Part shown: piece after piece, positions 36,133-46,052 of the stretch
Layout: each line of letters begins with the position of its first letter
How positions within the stretch are numbered: position 1 is the stretch's first letter
Source: Polyangiaceae bacterium
Lineage (GTDB): Bacteria; Myxococcota_A; Polyangia; Polyangiales; Polyangiaceae
Reading direction: 5' to 3'
DNA: 64,000 nucleotides
Assembly: GCA_044376115.1 (NCBI GenBank)
Contig: JBILLK010000001.1
Location: 32,001-96,000, forward strand
Notes under the pieces: model-generated
The model's input: the letters and a program-made list of their open reading frames with translations, nothing else
What the model was told of the DNA's origin: nothing
Databases searched by the model: none
Made by a program: the position numbers and the translations under genes

Positions 36133-37020
36133 ATGTCGCCGAACAACGCAACGAGCACGGCCTTCCGTGACGAGAGCGACCGCGTGAGCGGCGTCTCGGT
36201 TGCGAGCCGTCAGGCGTCGCTTCCAACGGTTGCGGGTGCCGAGGCTGCGTCCGTGAGTGAGGGCAGCCCGGTCGAGATCAATCGACCGATCTGGGCTGTC
36301 GACCTGGGAACCGAGATGCGTGCGGTTTCCACCTTCGAGCTGTGGATGGCGCTTTCGCGGGGAGACTACTCCACCGATGTTCTCGTGTGGCGGATGGGTC
36401 GCGAGTGCTGGAGCCCGGCGCAGGACGTGCCCGAGTTGGCCTGCGCTCTGGCTGGGGTCACCCCGGCAAGCAACGTCGCTGCAAGCAGGGATAGCGCGAC
36501 CCATGAACGCGCCACGTTGGACTACGCACAGACTCCAACCTCGGGTGTCTTTGAGTGCAACGCGGCGGCATCGCGGTCTGACACGGCATCGCCCGAGGCT
36601 GCGCTTGAGCTCGACGATAGCGAGACTCCGCCTGCGACCAGCGCGACGCTCGCCCCATCCCCGCTTCCCCTGGTTGAGCACGAGATCGAGCCTGCAGCAC
36701 ACGCGGTGGAAGCTCCTCGCCGACGGCCGCGAGTGCGGCGGGTACAGCCACGTTTAATCGCAGCGCTCGGTGCCGCGTTGCTGACCGTGAGCACCCTCGG
36801 GCTTGCCGCAGCCCATGCGCCCAAGGCAGCAGCGGCCTCGTATGGGATCCCTGCTGGCCGTGTGACCTTGGAGATCGAGGTCCCGGCGCAGCCGATCGAA
36901 GCTCCGGCGGTCGAAACCGAGGCAAAACACGAGGAAACACGGTTCCAAGCGCATCCGACAAGCCGACCAAAGCGCGTTTCACCCCAGCACAGCGGACAAC
37001 ACCGACGCCGTCAGAGATAA
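36133..37020 (+). CDS. GYF-2/DUF4339-like domain membrane protein
   Basis: VLVWRMGRECWSPAQDVPEL motif, disordered linker and a single TM segment. Confidence 0.65.
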   Translation: MSPNNATSTAFRDESDRVSGVSVASRQASLPTVAGAEAASVSEGSPVEINRPIWAVDLGTEMRAVSTFELWMALSRGDYSTDVLVWRMGRECWSPAQDVPELACALAGVTPASNVAASRDSATHERATLDYAQTPTSGVFECNAAASRSDTASPEAALELDDSETPPATSATLAPSPLPLVEHEIEPAAHAVEAPRRRPRVRRVQPRLIAALGAALLTVSTLGLAAAHAPKAAAASYGIPAGRVTLEIEVPAQPIEAPAVETEAKHEETRFQAHPTSRPKRVSPQHSGQHRRRQR

Positions 37021-37103
37021 AGTTGCTCCATCGACTTGTTGGAAAACGGATCGAAACCGGCTAAACATCCCGCTCGCTAGTCACGGCCCTCGCCGTGGCT
37101 CTC

Positions 37104-37177
37104 TCCGGTGTCGTCTAAGGGCAGGACGGGGGACTTTGAATCCCCTAATCGTGGTTCGAATCCACGCACCGGAACCA
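37104..37177 (+). tRNA. tRNA-Gln (anticodon UUG)
   Basis: Acceptor stem TCCGGTG/CACCGGA (U1-A72), anticodon loop CTTTGAA, T-loop GGTTCGAATCC, encoded CCA. Confidence 0.96.
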
Positions 37178-37326
37178 TCAGCTATGGGAGGCGCTTGCCC
37201 GCGTGCGAGCGATCGAGGCTGCCGGACGGTGCTTCCGCGGGGCGCGAGGAGTTGTGCGCCCAGGCGCCGCCGTGTTGGTGAATGAACCGATTGGCGAGGC
37301 TCGCCTGGTTGGCGAACAAAAGAGAA

Positions 37327-37355
37327 CGCCCTCGTTCCCTGGGGAAACGAGGGCG
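37327..37355 (-). terminator. Hairpin terminator downstream of the Cys-rich repeat gene
   Basis: cgccctcgtt...aacgagggcg stem with a T-rich tail on the minus strand. Confidence 0.65.
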
Positions 37356-37383
37356 CTCAATCTCACAATCTCAACTCACCCGA

Positions 37384-40236
37384 TCAGGGGTAGTTGATGC
37401 GTAGCTGGTAGGCCATGATCGCGGTGTCATCACTGAAGTCAATCACGTGGGCATACACCGTGGTGAAGGCCGGGATCGTGAAGCTGAGCAGCGAGCAGTT
37501 GCCAGTGCCGCTGTCATCGTCGAACGCGAGCTGAGTGCCCGCTGCGTTACGAATGCGGATCTGGGTGTCGGCTGTGGCACATACCCCGAAGGTCGGTGCG
37601 CCGGTCTCGAACGCCACCGCGAGAGGAGCTGCTGTGGTGTTGGTGACTGCGTAGACATCGTCATCTCCCGCTACGAGAAGCGCCGCCGAGATGAGCACAT
37701 CGCCACAGAAGAAGCCGTCGGCGTTAGCGGCCGAGAAGTCATTCGTTGCGGTTGCGGTCATGCCGTCATCATTCGGCTCTGACTCGGTGAAGGTGGCAGC
37801 AGCTTGGCACTCGACATTGCAGTTGTTGCAACCGTCGCCCGCCATCATGTTCCCGTCCTCACAGGTCTCGGGTGAATCCACGAAGGTGTCGCCGCAGACA
37901 GGGACGCGGGTGCAATCTGCGTTGCAGTTAGCGCCGCCGTCACACTCTTCCGAGCCTTCCACAATGTTGTTGCCACAAGCGGCAACGATGGTTCCGCGCA
38001 GAACGTAGTTCGGAATGACCGTGTTGCTTTGGAAGTCGATCACGCGGACGAAGTAGGTGCCGGCCGCGAGGTTGCGTGCCCCAGCGTCTGTTGTGGGGTT
38101 GATCAACGAGCAGCTGTTGATCCCGTCTTCATCGTCGGACACCAGGACGGTGGTTCCGTTGGGAGCGCGGAGTTCGATCACCGTATCGATGCCACCGGTG
38201 CAGGTTGCGCCGGTCGAATCGAAGGTCTCGAAGCGGACGTCCGAGGACGATGCAGTAAGAGTGAAGGACCAGAAGTCGACATCGGTGCCGGGGGTGATGC
38301 CACCGCAGTTCGGCTGGAGGCCGAACACGCCGAGGTCAGCGGTCGCCGAGGTGTCATTCGCTTCGCTCTCGCTGTTGCACTCGAGGTTGCAGGTGCTCGA
38401 GCAGCCGTCGCCGTTCATCGTGTTGCCGCCGTCGCACTGCTCGGGCGCATCGACGAAGCCGTCACCGCAGACCGGGACGCGGGTGCAGTCAGCATTGCAG
38501 TTTGCCCCACCGTCGCACTCTTCCGGTGCTTCAGTGATGTTGTTGCCGCATTGAGCGTTCAGTTGAACCTTGACGCGGTAGTTAGCGATCGCCTCGTTCT
38601 CGGCGAAGTCGATGACCCGGACGAAGTAGGTACCGGCAGCGAGCGCGCCGCTGACGATGCGCGAGCAACGGTTGGTGCTGCCATTGATGTCGTCGTTGTT
38701 TGCGAGCTGCGTGGTCCCATTCGGTGCGAACAGGAACATGTTCGTGTCTACGGTGCCATCGACGCAACCAACGAAGGTGCCGTTCACGTCCTGGGTTTCG
38801 ATCGTCACGAAGCTGGCCGGACCGGTAACCGTGAACGAGTAGAAATCGTCATCCCCGATCGGGTTGATCGAAGCGCAGTTAGCGATGTTGTTCGCAGGAA
38901 TTGCGTCTGCGGTGGCGGTCGTGTCGTTGGGCTCGCTCTCGCTGAGGCCGGGGCATACAGCCGTACACATATTGGTGCAGGTGTCGTTGTTGACCATGTT
39001 GCCATCGTCACATTGCTCACCCGCCTCGATGGTGCCGTTGCCACAGAGCAGCGTGCAAACGGAGGCCATGCCCATCATGTTGGTGCACTCGAAGCCAGGC
39101 TCGACTGCGCAGGTAGGCGAACAGCCGTCGCCCATCATGGCGTTCATGTCGTCGCAGCCTTCACCCGGACCAACGTCGCCATCACCGCAGGGGCTGATGT
39201 TGAAGAGGAGGTCGGTGGTGTCGCCCGCGTCGAAGGTCCACGAGTCGATCGTGACGAAGTAGGTGCCTGCCGTGGTGGCTTGGAATACGAGACCGGGATC
39301 GACCTCAGCCGCCCCGACACCGTCGAAGGATTCGACGCAGACAGCTGCGTTGTCGCAGGTGCTGGTTACGTGAAAGAGAGCGTCAAGCGTGCCGCTCTGC
39401 GCAACCTGCAGAGTGTCACCAACCGCGAGATCAACGCTGAATACGATGTCGGGCTTCGCATTCATGTTGCCGCTCGGGTCGAGGCACGATGCGTCGGTGA
39501 AGAGCAGATCGTCGCCGAACAGAGCAATGTCCGTGGGGGCGAAGACGAAGCCGTCTCCGGTCACGACGATGGGCGTCATGCAGCTGCCTGCGAGCGCGCA
39601 AACGCTGGGCTGGCCGCTGCAAGCAAATCCGAGTTCCACAGCGCAGTTGACGTTGCAACCGTCGCCGTCGACCGGGGGCATCACGCCTTCGTCGCATTCC
39701 TCGGTGCCAGCGACGATGCCGTCGCCGCAGCCGGTCATGCAGACCGAGGGCTCGCCAGCGCAGCTGAAGCCGTTCTCAATGGCGCAGGCATCGCTGCAAC
39801 CATCACCGGCGACGGTGTTGTCGTCGTCACAGGTCTCAGCGCCAACAGCGATAACGCCGTCACCGCACTCCGCGGTGCAGTCGCTCGGCTCGCCGTTGCA
39901 AGCGTAGCCCGTCTCAACGGCGCACTGCGAATCACAGCCGTCACCGTTCGTGGTGTTGTTGTCATCACAGCCCTCATCCGGGGTGGTAACGGTGCCGTCG
40001 CCGCACACGACAGGAGGAGCGCCGCCGCCACCTTCACCACCGCCGCCGGGCTGGCCGCCCTGGCCACCACCACCGTTGTCGCCGCCTTGGCCGCCGCCGC
40101 CAGCAGTGTTGCCGCCGCCACCGGCGCTCTCGCCGCCGCCACCCGTATTATTGCCACCGCCGCCGCTGGACGAATCGTCCCCGCAAGCCGCTACAAGGAA
40201 CCCAACCATTACGGCGGGGATCAGGATTTTGCGCAT
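37384..40236 (-). CDS. Myxobacterial cysteine-rich repeat (DUF4215-like) and PPC-like domain lipoprotein
   Basis: VAAC lipobox, GGAGG RBS, repeated CGDG...E.CDDGN..GDGCS..C units alternating with ESEPND...D.D.Y/W beta domains. Confidence 0.9.
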   Translation of the reverse strand: MRKILIPAVMVGFLVAACGDDSSSGGGGNNTGGGGESAGGGGNTAGGGGQGGDNGGGGQGGQPGGGGEGGGGAPPVVCGDGTVTTPDEGCDDNNTTNGDGCDSQCAVETGYACNGEPSDCTAECGDGVIAVGAETCDDDNTVAGDGCSDACAIENGFSCAGEPSVCMTGCGDGIVAGTEECDEGVMPPVDGDGCNVNCAVELGFACSGQPSVCALAGSCMTPIVVTGDGFVFAPTDIALFGDDLLFTDASCLDPSGNMNAKPDIVFSVDLAVGDTLQVAQSGTLDALFHVTSTCDNAAVCVESFDGVGAAEVDPGLVFQATTAGTYFVTIDSWTFDAGDTTDLLFNISPCGDGDVGPGEGCDDMNAMMGDGCSPTCAVEPGFECTNMMGMASVCTLLCGNGTIEAGEQCDDGNMVNNDTCTNMCTAVCPGLSESEPNDTTATADAIPANNIANCASINPIGDDDFYSFTVTGPASFVTIETQDVNGTFVGCVDGTVDTNMFLFAPNGTTQLANNDDINGSTNRCSRIVSGALAAGTYFVRVIDFAENEAIANYRVKVQLNAQCGNNITEAPEECDGGANCNADCTRVPVCGDGFVDAPEQCDGGNTMNGDGCSSTCNLECNSESEANDTSATADLGVFGLQPNCGGITPGTDVDFWSFTLTASSSDVRFETFDSTGATCTGGIDTVIELRAPNGTTVLVSDDEDGINSCSLINPTTDAGARNLAAGTYFVRVIDFQSNTVIPNYVLRGTIVAACGNNIVEGSEECDGGANCNADCTRVPVCGDTFVDSPETCEDGNMMAGDGCNNCNVECQAAATFTESEPNDDGMTATATNDFSAANADGFFCGDVLISAALLVAGDDDVYAVTNTTAAPLAVAFETGAPTFGVCATADTQIRIRNAAGTQLAFDDDSGTGNCSLLSFTIPAFTTVYAHVIDFSDDTAIMAYQLRINYP

Positions 40237-40351
40237 AAGTCCTCCAAGCAGCCTTTTCACCGATCCGCCACGTGGCTGCAACGGGCAAGTTTCCGACAGG
40301 ACCATCCCGCGAAGCTTGCTCCGAGCGCCGTACCGCAGAGAAGATGCCTAG

Positions 40352-41396
40352 ATGAAGCTCTATCCCGGCGTGCTGCACCTTTGCCTCGCGTTTGCATCGG
40401 TCGGCGGGTGCGGCGATTCGAGCCAAACTACGACGGCAGGCGGTGCAAACCAGGGAGGCAGCCCCAACGGAGGAGCCAGCCAGGGAGCCAACGGCCCTGG
40501 AACCGGCGCATCCGGCGTTGGGGGAGGTGGCGCAAGCCCTTCAACCAGCAGCAACGGGGGTGGGGGCAGTGGGGGGCAGCCCCGCCTCGTTCAATGGGTT
40601 TCCGCCAGAATGGCCGTCGGGAGAATCATGTGGCGCCGAAGACCCCATCTTCGTTTGGCAGCTGACCCCGGATACCTACATATTGCGCCAGTCCCTGTGC
40701 ACCAGCTTTGAAGGACCGTTCCTCTATTTGTTATTTGGTGAGGACAAGGTTCTGCTCGAGGACACCGGAGATGGCGGAATTCCGGTGCGCGAGGTTGTGC
40801 AGTCGGTGATCGATGATTGGTTGGCCGCCAACAACAAATCCTCGATCGAGCTCGTGGTCATGCACTCCCATTCGCACGGGGATCATGTTTCGGGCGATGG
40901 GCAATTCGTGGGGCAGCCGGGCGTTACACTGGTGGGGACTGGGCTCAACGACGTCACGAATTTCTTCGGCATCGACAACTGGGCAACCGAGATTGTGCCG
41001 TTTGAACTGGGCGGCCGCACGCTCAGCCTGATCCCGATTCCAGGGCATCAGTCGGCCCACGTAGCGATCTACGACCCGAAGTACGAGCTGCTGCTTACGG
41101 GAGATACGCTGTACCCAGGTAGGCTCTACATTCAGAACTTTGGCGATTACGTCACGAGCGTCGAACGGCTTGTAGACTTCGCCAATTCAAACCCGGTGGC
41201 CTGGGTACTTGGGACCCATATCGAGATGACCCAAACGCCTGGGGTCGACTTCGACTTTGGCGCGGATGTGCATGTTAACGAGCGCCCGTTGGAGCTAACG
41301 CTTGACCACCTGCTCGAGCTCCAAGCAGCGGTAACTGCGATGGGCAACTCACCCAGTTATGAGGTCCACGATGACTTCATCATCTACCCGCTGTGA
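40352..41396 (+). pseudogene. MBL-fold metallo-hydrolase lipoprotein interrupted by a +1 frameshift
   Basis: The signal/lipobox and Gly linker are in the 40352 frame; the catalytic domain (HSHSHGDH, PGH, TGD, GTH) is in the 40392 frame. The frames join at a G6 run at 40571-40576. Confidence 0.8.
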
Positions 41397-41403
41397 CTAC
41401 CGC

Positions 41404-42369
41404 TCAGAGCCGCAACACAACCTTTCCCACGGTTCCGCGACTCTCCAGCGCTTCAAACGCGGTTTTGGCCTCCGCGAGCGCATAGACCCCGCCCAGCTCG
41501 AGCTTGAGCGCACCTTGCTCAGCCAATGATGCCATCTCCGCCAGTGGCGGCGCACAAAGCTCTCGCTGCGCAATGAGCGGCGTTAGGTAGTAACCGGCGA
41601 TGGTGAGGTTCTTTCCCATGAGACCGATGGGCTCGAAGGTGCCCCGCGTGTCACCGCTGGCAGCGCCGAACACGATCATCCGCCCGAACGCGCGGAGGCA
41701 AGCGAAGTTGCGCTTGTAGGATTCACTGCCACCGATCATCTCAAGGACGACGTCGACATCCCCGCACGCCGACTTGACCTGCGCCAGCAAGTCGCCACGA
41801 CTATCGACCACGTGGTCAGCGCCTAGAGACCGAAGAAAGTCGTGCTTCGAGCTGCTCGCGCTCGCCACCACCACGGCACCTCGGGCCTTCGCTAGCTGGA
41901 CGGCGAGCACACCGACACCGCCGGCAGCAGCGTGAACGAGCACACGTTCTTTGGGCTCTAGGCGGCCCATCAAGAACAAGAGATGGTGGGCCGTGAGCCC
42001 CTGAACCGGCAGCGCTACGGCTCGCTCGTAGTCGAGGCCCGCGGGCAGCGCATAGACGGCCTGTTCGACGACGTTCACATGTTCTGCAAACGCAGCCGAA
42101 CCGAGCGCCATCACGCGGTCTCCGACCTTGAGCGAAGTAACGCCCGAGCCGATCGCAACGACTTCACCTGCGACCTCCATCCCCGGGATATCGGGGAGCT
42201 TCGGCTTCACGAAGTATTTGCCACGAATGAACATGGTATCGGCGAAGTTGAGCCCGGCCGCGCGAACACGCAGCTGAACTTGGTGGGGCTTCGGCGGCGG
42301 AGGTGATTCGACCTCTTCACAACGCAAAACCTCAGGACCGCCTAGTTCATGCAGACGTAGTGCGAGCAT
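41404..42369 (-). CDS. NADPH:quinone oxidoreductase (zeta-crystallin-like MDR)
   Basis: GLNFAD, PGMEVAG, HAAAGGVG, GKVVL. Confidence 0.92.
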   Translation of the reverse strand: MLALRLHELGGPEVLRCEEVESPPPPKPHQVQLRVRAAGLNFADTMFIRGKYFVKPKLPDIPGMEVAGEVVAIGSGVTSLKVGDRVMALGSAAFAEHVNVVEQAVYALPAGLDYERAVALPVQGLTAHHLLFLMGRLEPKERVLVHAAAGGVGVLAVQLAKARGAVVVASASSSKHDFLRSLGADHVVDSRGDLLAQVKSACGDVDVVLEMIGGSESYKRNFACLRAFGRMIVFGAASGDTRGTFEPIGLMGKNLTIAGYYLTPLIAQRELCAPPLAEMASLAEQGALKLELGGVYALAEAKTAFEALESRGTVGKVVLRL

Positions 42370-42373
42370 TGCG

Positions 42374-44023
42374 TCATACCTCCAGCAGCGACGGCAGGTA
42401 GCCGTCTGGCGCTTCGAAGCCCATTAGATTGAGCACGGTTGCCGGAATTGCTGCGATGCTTGGGACGGTGCTCAGCGGACGAAGCTTGATCGCAGGGTCA
42501 GCTACATCGATGTAGCAAGGCACACGATTGAGCGTGTGGCTCGTCTTTGGACGCGGGTTTCCGTGAGCATCCAGAGTGAATCCCTTCGCCTTCTTGTCCC
42601 ATTCGAACATCTCGTCGGCGTTGCCATGATCCGCCGTGACGATGGTGGCTCCGCCCAGCGCCCGCACCACCGGCAGGATGCGCGCGAGCATCAGATCGAC
42701 GGCCGAAACCGCGAGAATCGTCGCTTCCAGCGCGCCGGTGTGACCAACCATGTCACCGTTCGCAAAGTTGATGCGCACGTGTCGATGCTTGCCCGTCTTG
42801 AGCTCGCTGATCACGCGATCTGTGATCTCGGCGGCCTTCATCCACGGGCGCTCCTCGAACGGCAGCGTATCGCTGGGCACCTCGATGTACGTCTCGAGCG
42901 CGTCATCGAATTTACCGCTGCGATTGCCGTTCCAGAAGTAGGTCACGTGGCCGTATTTTTGGGTCTCGCTGATCGCGAGCTGCGAGATCTTCGCCGTTGC
43001 CAGGTACTCGCCGAGGGTGCGATCGATCTCCGGTGGACTCACGAGAAAAGCTCGCGGCAACGCGAGGTCTCCGTCGTATTGCATCATCCCGGCGTAAAAC
43101 ACCTCCGGGCGCTGACCCCGATCGAAGTGCTCGAACTTGTCGTCCTCGAACGCGCGAGTGATCTCGATCGCACGGTCCCCGCGGAAGTTGAAGAAGACCA
43201 CCGCCGCCCCCGAACGGATCGGACCAACAGGTCCATTCGCATCGGCGATCACGAACGCAGGCAGGTTCTGATCACCGATGCCCGGCGTCTCCTGGCGCAG
43301 CGTCTCAACGGCCTCACGCAGGCTCGCAAAGGCGCGCGCTTGACCGTGCACGTGAGCGTTGTAGCCGCGCTCCACCATCGCCCAGTCGGCGTTGTAGCGG
43401 TCCATCGTCACCTTCATGCGACCACCGCCCGAGGCCACCCGATAGTCGCAATCGGCGTCGCAGAGTTCAGACAAAGCGCTCTCGAGCTTATCGACGTACT
43501 CCAGCGCGCTCGTCTCGGGGACGTCACGACCATCGAGCAATGCGTGGACACGGACCTGCTTCACGCCGTCACTCTTCGCACGCCGAAGCATCGCTATCAG
43601 GTGGTCGATGTGACTGTGAACGTTGCCGTCGGAGAGCAGACCGATGAAGTGAAGCGCTGCTCCGTTACTGACGCAGCGAGAGACCGCCGTTCGCCAGGTT
43701 TGCCCCTCGAACATGCGTCCCGAGCGGATCGCCTCGTTCACCAGCTTGGCGCCCTGATCGAAGATGCGCCCAGCGCCGAGTGCGTTGTGCCCTACCTCGC
43801 TGTTCCCCATGTCGTCGTCGGACGGGAGGCCCACCGCAGTTCCATGGGCTGCAAGTTCGGTAAACAGCGCCGTTTTCTCGAGCGCATCGAGCGTCGGCGT
43901 TCGAGCAAGAAAAACAGCGTCTCCCTGATCGCGGCGGCCGCGCCCAACTCCGTCCATCACGATCACGACGGTGGGACCAGCGACGCCTGAGAAGTTTGGA
44001 AGGTGCTTCAACGAGAGGGACAT
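42374..44023 (-). CDS. gpmI: 2,3-bisphosphoglycerate-independent phosphoglycerate mutase
   Basis: MDG, MGNSEVGH, LSDGNVHSH, DGRD, NFRGDRA, NGDMVGHTG, ADHGN. Confidence 0.96.
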   Translation of the reverse strand: MSLSLKHLPNFSGVAGPTVVIVMDGVGRGRRDQGDAVFLARTPTLDALEKTALFTELAAHGTAVGLPSDDDMGNSEVGHNALGAGRIFDQGAKLVNEAIRSGRMFEGQTWRTAVSRCVSNGAALHFIGLLSDGNVHSHIDHLIAMLRRAKSDGVKQVRVHALLDGRDVPETSALEYVDKLESALSELCDADCDYRVASGGGRMKVTMDRYNADWAMVERGYNAHVHGQARAFASLREAVETLRQETPGIGDQNLPAFVIADANGPVGPIRSGAAVVFFNFRGDRAIEITRAFEDDKFEHFDRGQRPEVFYAGMMQYDGDLALPRAFLVSPPEIDRTLGEYLATAKISQLAISETQKYGHVTYFWNGNRSGKFDDALETYIEVPSDTLPFEERPWMKAAEITDRVISELKTGKHRHVRINFANGDMVGHTGALEATILAVSAVDLMLARILPVVRALGGATIVTADHGNADEMFEWDKKAKGFTLDAHGNPRPKTSHTLNRVPCYIDVADPAIKLRPLSTVPSIAAIPATVLNLMGFEAPDGYLPSLLEV

Positions 44024-44038
44024 GAGCTTCTCCTTCAG

Positions 44039-44371
44039 TTACGAGCGAATTTCGGGGGCTGTTCGAAGCCGCGGAAGCGGGAACCTACCAATGACATTAC
44101 GAAGCTGCTGAACGACGTTGTTAGGCAACGCAGGCGCGTCCACCTCAGCGCGCCCCGAGCGGATGCGCACGGTAGCTCGCCCGGAGCAGCGCGCACGACC
44201 AAAGATGTCCTCGACGTCGTGCAGCAGCTCCCCGGGTGCGCGACCCTTCGCCTTGACGATCTTTCCGTGCCTCACAACCAACGTGAAAAGCACCCGCGAC
44301 GCCGCGACTCGCCAGAAAACCCAGCCGAAAAATGCCAGCAACAGAAAAAGACTGAACCAACGATCGGGCAT
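44039..44371 (-). CDS. Small membrane-anchored protein, DUF3634-like
   Basis: N-terminal TM helix; C-terminal QQLRNVIG pattern. Confidence 0.65.
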   Translation of the reverse strand: MPDRWFSLFLLLAFFGWVFWRVAASRVLFTLVVRHGKIVKAKGRAPGELLHDVEDIFGRARCSGRATVRIRSGRAEVDAPALPNNVVQQLRNVIGRFPLPRLRTAPEIRS

Positions 44372-44522
44372 CGCTAACGCACCAAAGCACGCAGACGGGG
44401 GCTTGCCAACCTAGCCGGGGACATCTTTCGTAGCGGCAATCATGGCTGGTCGGTATTCTCGCGCTTCCATCGGGGAGCTCTGAGCCGCGAACGGGTGGAG
44501 AAAAGGTCTTCGGAGCCAAAGC

Positions 44523-45134
44523 TTGAGTGATCCGGTGGATGAGGAAGCCTTCGTCAAGAGGCTTCAGGCGCGCGATGAAGCTGCGTTCAACGAGCTGGTA
44601 CTGGCGTACGAGCGCCGGGTGTTTGCGCTTGTTTTTCGCATGCTCGGGCGCCGCGAAGAGGCCGAAGACCTCGCGCAAGAAGTGTTCGTGCAGGTGTTCA
44701 AGGCGATCGATCAGTTTCGTGGGGAGTCGAAGCTGTCGACCTGGATCTACCGAATTGCGGTGAACCTTTGTAAGAACCGCACCAAGTACCTTTCGCGCCG
44801 GCATGCAGGCTCCGAAGACGATGTCGACGCCATGGCCGATCGGGCACCGCTTTCGAGTGCAAAGGGCGTCAGCGTCGGAGATGTGGGCCGGCCCGACGAG
44901 CTCGTGGAGGGCATGCAACTCGAAGTTTTGGTGAAACGAGCGATCGCGCAGATCGATACGGACTTCCGACAGGTGCTGATCCTGCGAGACGTCGAGGACA
45001 TGTCGTACGAGGAAATTGCAAGCGTCACCGGGCTGGCCGAGGGCACCGTCAAGAGCCGCATCCATCGTGCACGTGCGCAGCTTCGAGCGCTGGTCGAGCG
45101 CGCGCTCGGTGAAAAATTGAGAGGCATCTCATGA
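44523..45134 (+). CDS. ECF RNA polymerase sigma factor
   Basis: AEDLAQEVF, STWIYRIAVN, SYEEIA..GTVKSRIHRAR. Confidence 0.93.
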   Translation: MSDPVDEEAFVKRLQARDEAAFNELVLAYERRVFALVFRMLGRREEAEDLAQEVFVQVFKAIDQFRGESKLSTWIYRIAVNLCKNRTKYLSRRHAGSEDDVDAMADRAPLSSAKGVSVGDVGRPDELVEGMQLEVLVKRAIAQIDTDFRQVLILRDVEDMSYEEIASVTGLAEGTVKSRIHRARAQLRALVERALGEKLRGIS

Positions 45135-45568
45135 GCGACGAGAAGGACGAAGAACTTCCCCCGTCCGGCCCGTCGTCCGGCGAACCGATCTCTGGCACGC
45201 CTCGTTCGGATGACGACGTGAAGGCGCTGATCAAGCGCGCCATGGCTTCGGCAAAGGCGCCGGTCCGTGTCTCTGAAGCAGAGGAGGACCCTCCGCTAGA
45301 GGAGGACGACGGCGTACTCGACGAAGTAGACCTCAAAGACGCGCTGCGCGGCGCCCTGCGCCCGCCCTCCGGGTCGGTGGCGCCCTCGCTCTTGCGCGGC
45401 GTTCAAAAGAAGCTGCGCGTGCGCTCCAAGGGTAAATTCTACGGAGACGGCTGGAGCACGGCGCAGTCGCCACGCTCGACGTACCTCGTGAGTAGCCTGC
45501 TGATGTTGCTGTTGATCGGCTTCGTCTTTTTCGCCCTGGTGCCTTGGAGTTCAGCGAAGCTGCCTTGA
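45131..45568 (+). CDS. Putative membrane-bound anti-sigma factor
   Basis: ATGA overlap with the sigma gene; acidic N-terminus and C-terminal TM helix. Confidence 0.6.
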   Translation: MSDEKDEELPPSGPSSGEPISGTPRSDDDVKALIKRAMASAKAPVRVSEAEEDPPLEEDDGVLDEVDLKDALRGALRPPSGSVAPSLLRGVQKKLRVRSKGKFYGDGWSTAQSPRSTYLVSSLLMLLLIGFVFFALVPWSSAKLP

Positions 45569-45607
45569 GCCTGAAGACGGAAACCTGCTACCTGTAGCGA
45601 CACCCCA

Positions 45608-46051
45608 ATGGCGATGCAGCAAGTACCGGGAATGAACCTGAGCAACGAGGAGGTCCTCTTCGAAGGAAAGCCCGCCTTGATTCACTCAATGGCCGCGCTG
45701 CTCCTGGTGATCGTTACGCTCGGACTCGCGGCGGCCTTCTTTTGGTTCAAGCGCGGTGGCGTCCACTATCGCATTACCAATCAGCGCATCGTGATCGATC
45801 GAGGGATTTTGTCGAAGAAGATGGAGCAACTCGACCTCTATCGCATCCAGGACTTCACGGTGGAGCGCCCGCTCGGCCAACGCATGATGGGTACGGGCAA
45901 CATCCGACTCAGCACCTTTGACAAGACCACCCCCGTGGTTGAACTCGTTGGACTGAAGACGGACGTAGTGATGCTGTATGAGGTAATGCGACGCGCAGTT
46001 GAGGCGAACAAAACCTCACGCGGTGTGCGCACCGTGGACTACGAGAGCTGA
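45608..46051 (+). CDS. Bacterial PH domain (bPH_2) membrane protein
   Basis: YRITNQRIVIDRGIL, LYRIQD..LGQRMMGTGNI. Confidence 0.85.
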   Translation: MAMQQVPGMNLSNEEVLFEGKPALIHSMAALLLVIVTLGLAAAFFWFKRGGVHYRITNQRIVIDRGILSKKMEQLDLYRIQDFTVERPLGQRMMGTGNIRLSTFDKTTPVVELVGLKTDVVMLYEVMRRAVEANKTSRGVRTVDYES

Positions 46052-46052
46052 C

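Noticed and set aside
35926..36702. N-terminal extension of the 657-aa FGE ORF
   Set aside because: It overlaps the plus-strand gene at 36133, and the signal peptide starts at ATG 35925.
37104..37380. tRNA-Gln as an island integration site
   Set aside because: No integrase or composition shift nearby, and no duplicate of the tRNA 3' end was noticed.
38029..40665. 878-aa plus-strand ORF
   Set aside because: Antisense shadow of the Cys-rich repeat gene; no motifs, typical of high-GC codon bias.
42536..43990. 484-aa plus-strand ORF
   Set aside because: Antisense shadow of gpmI.
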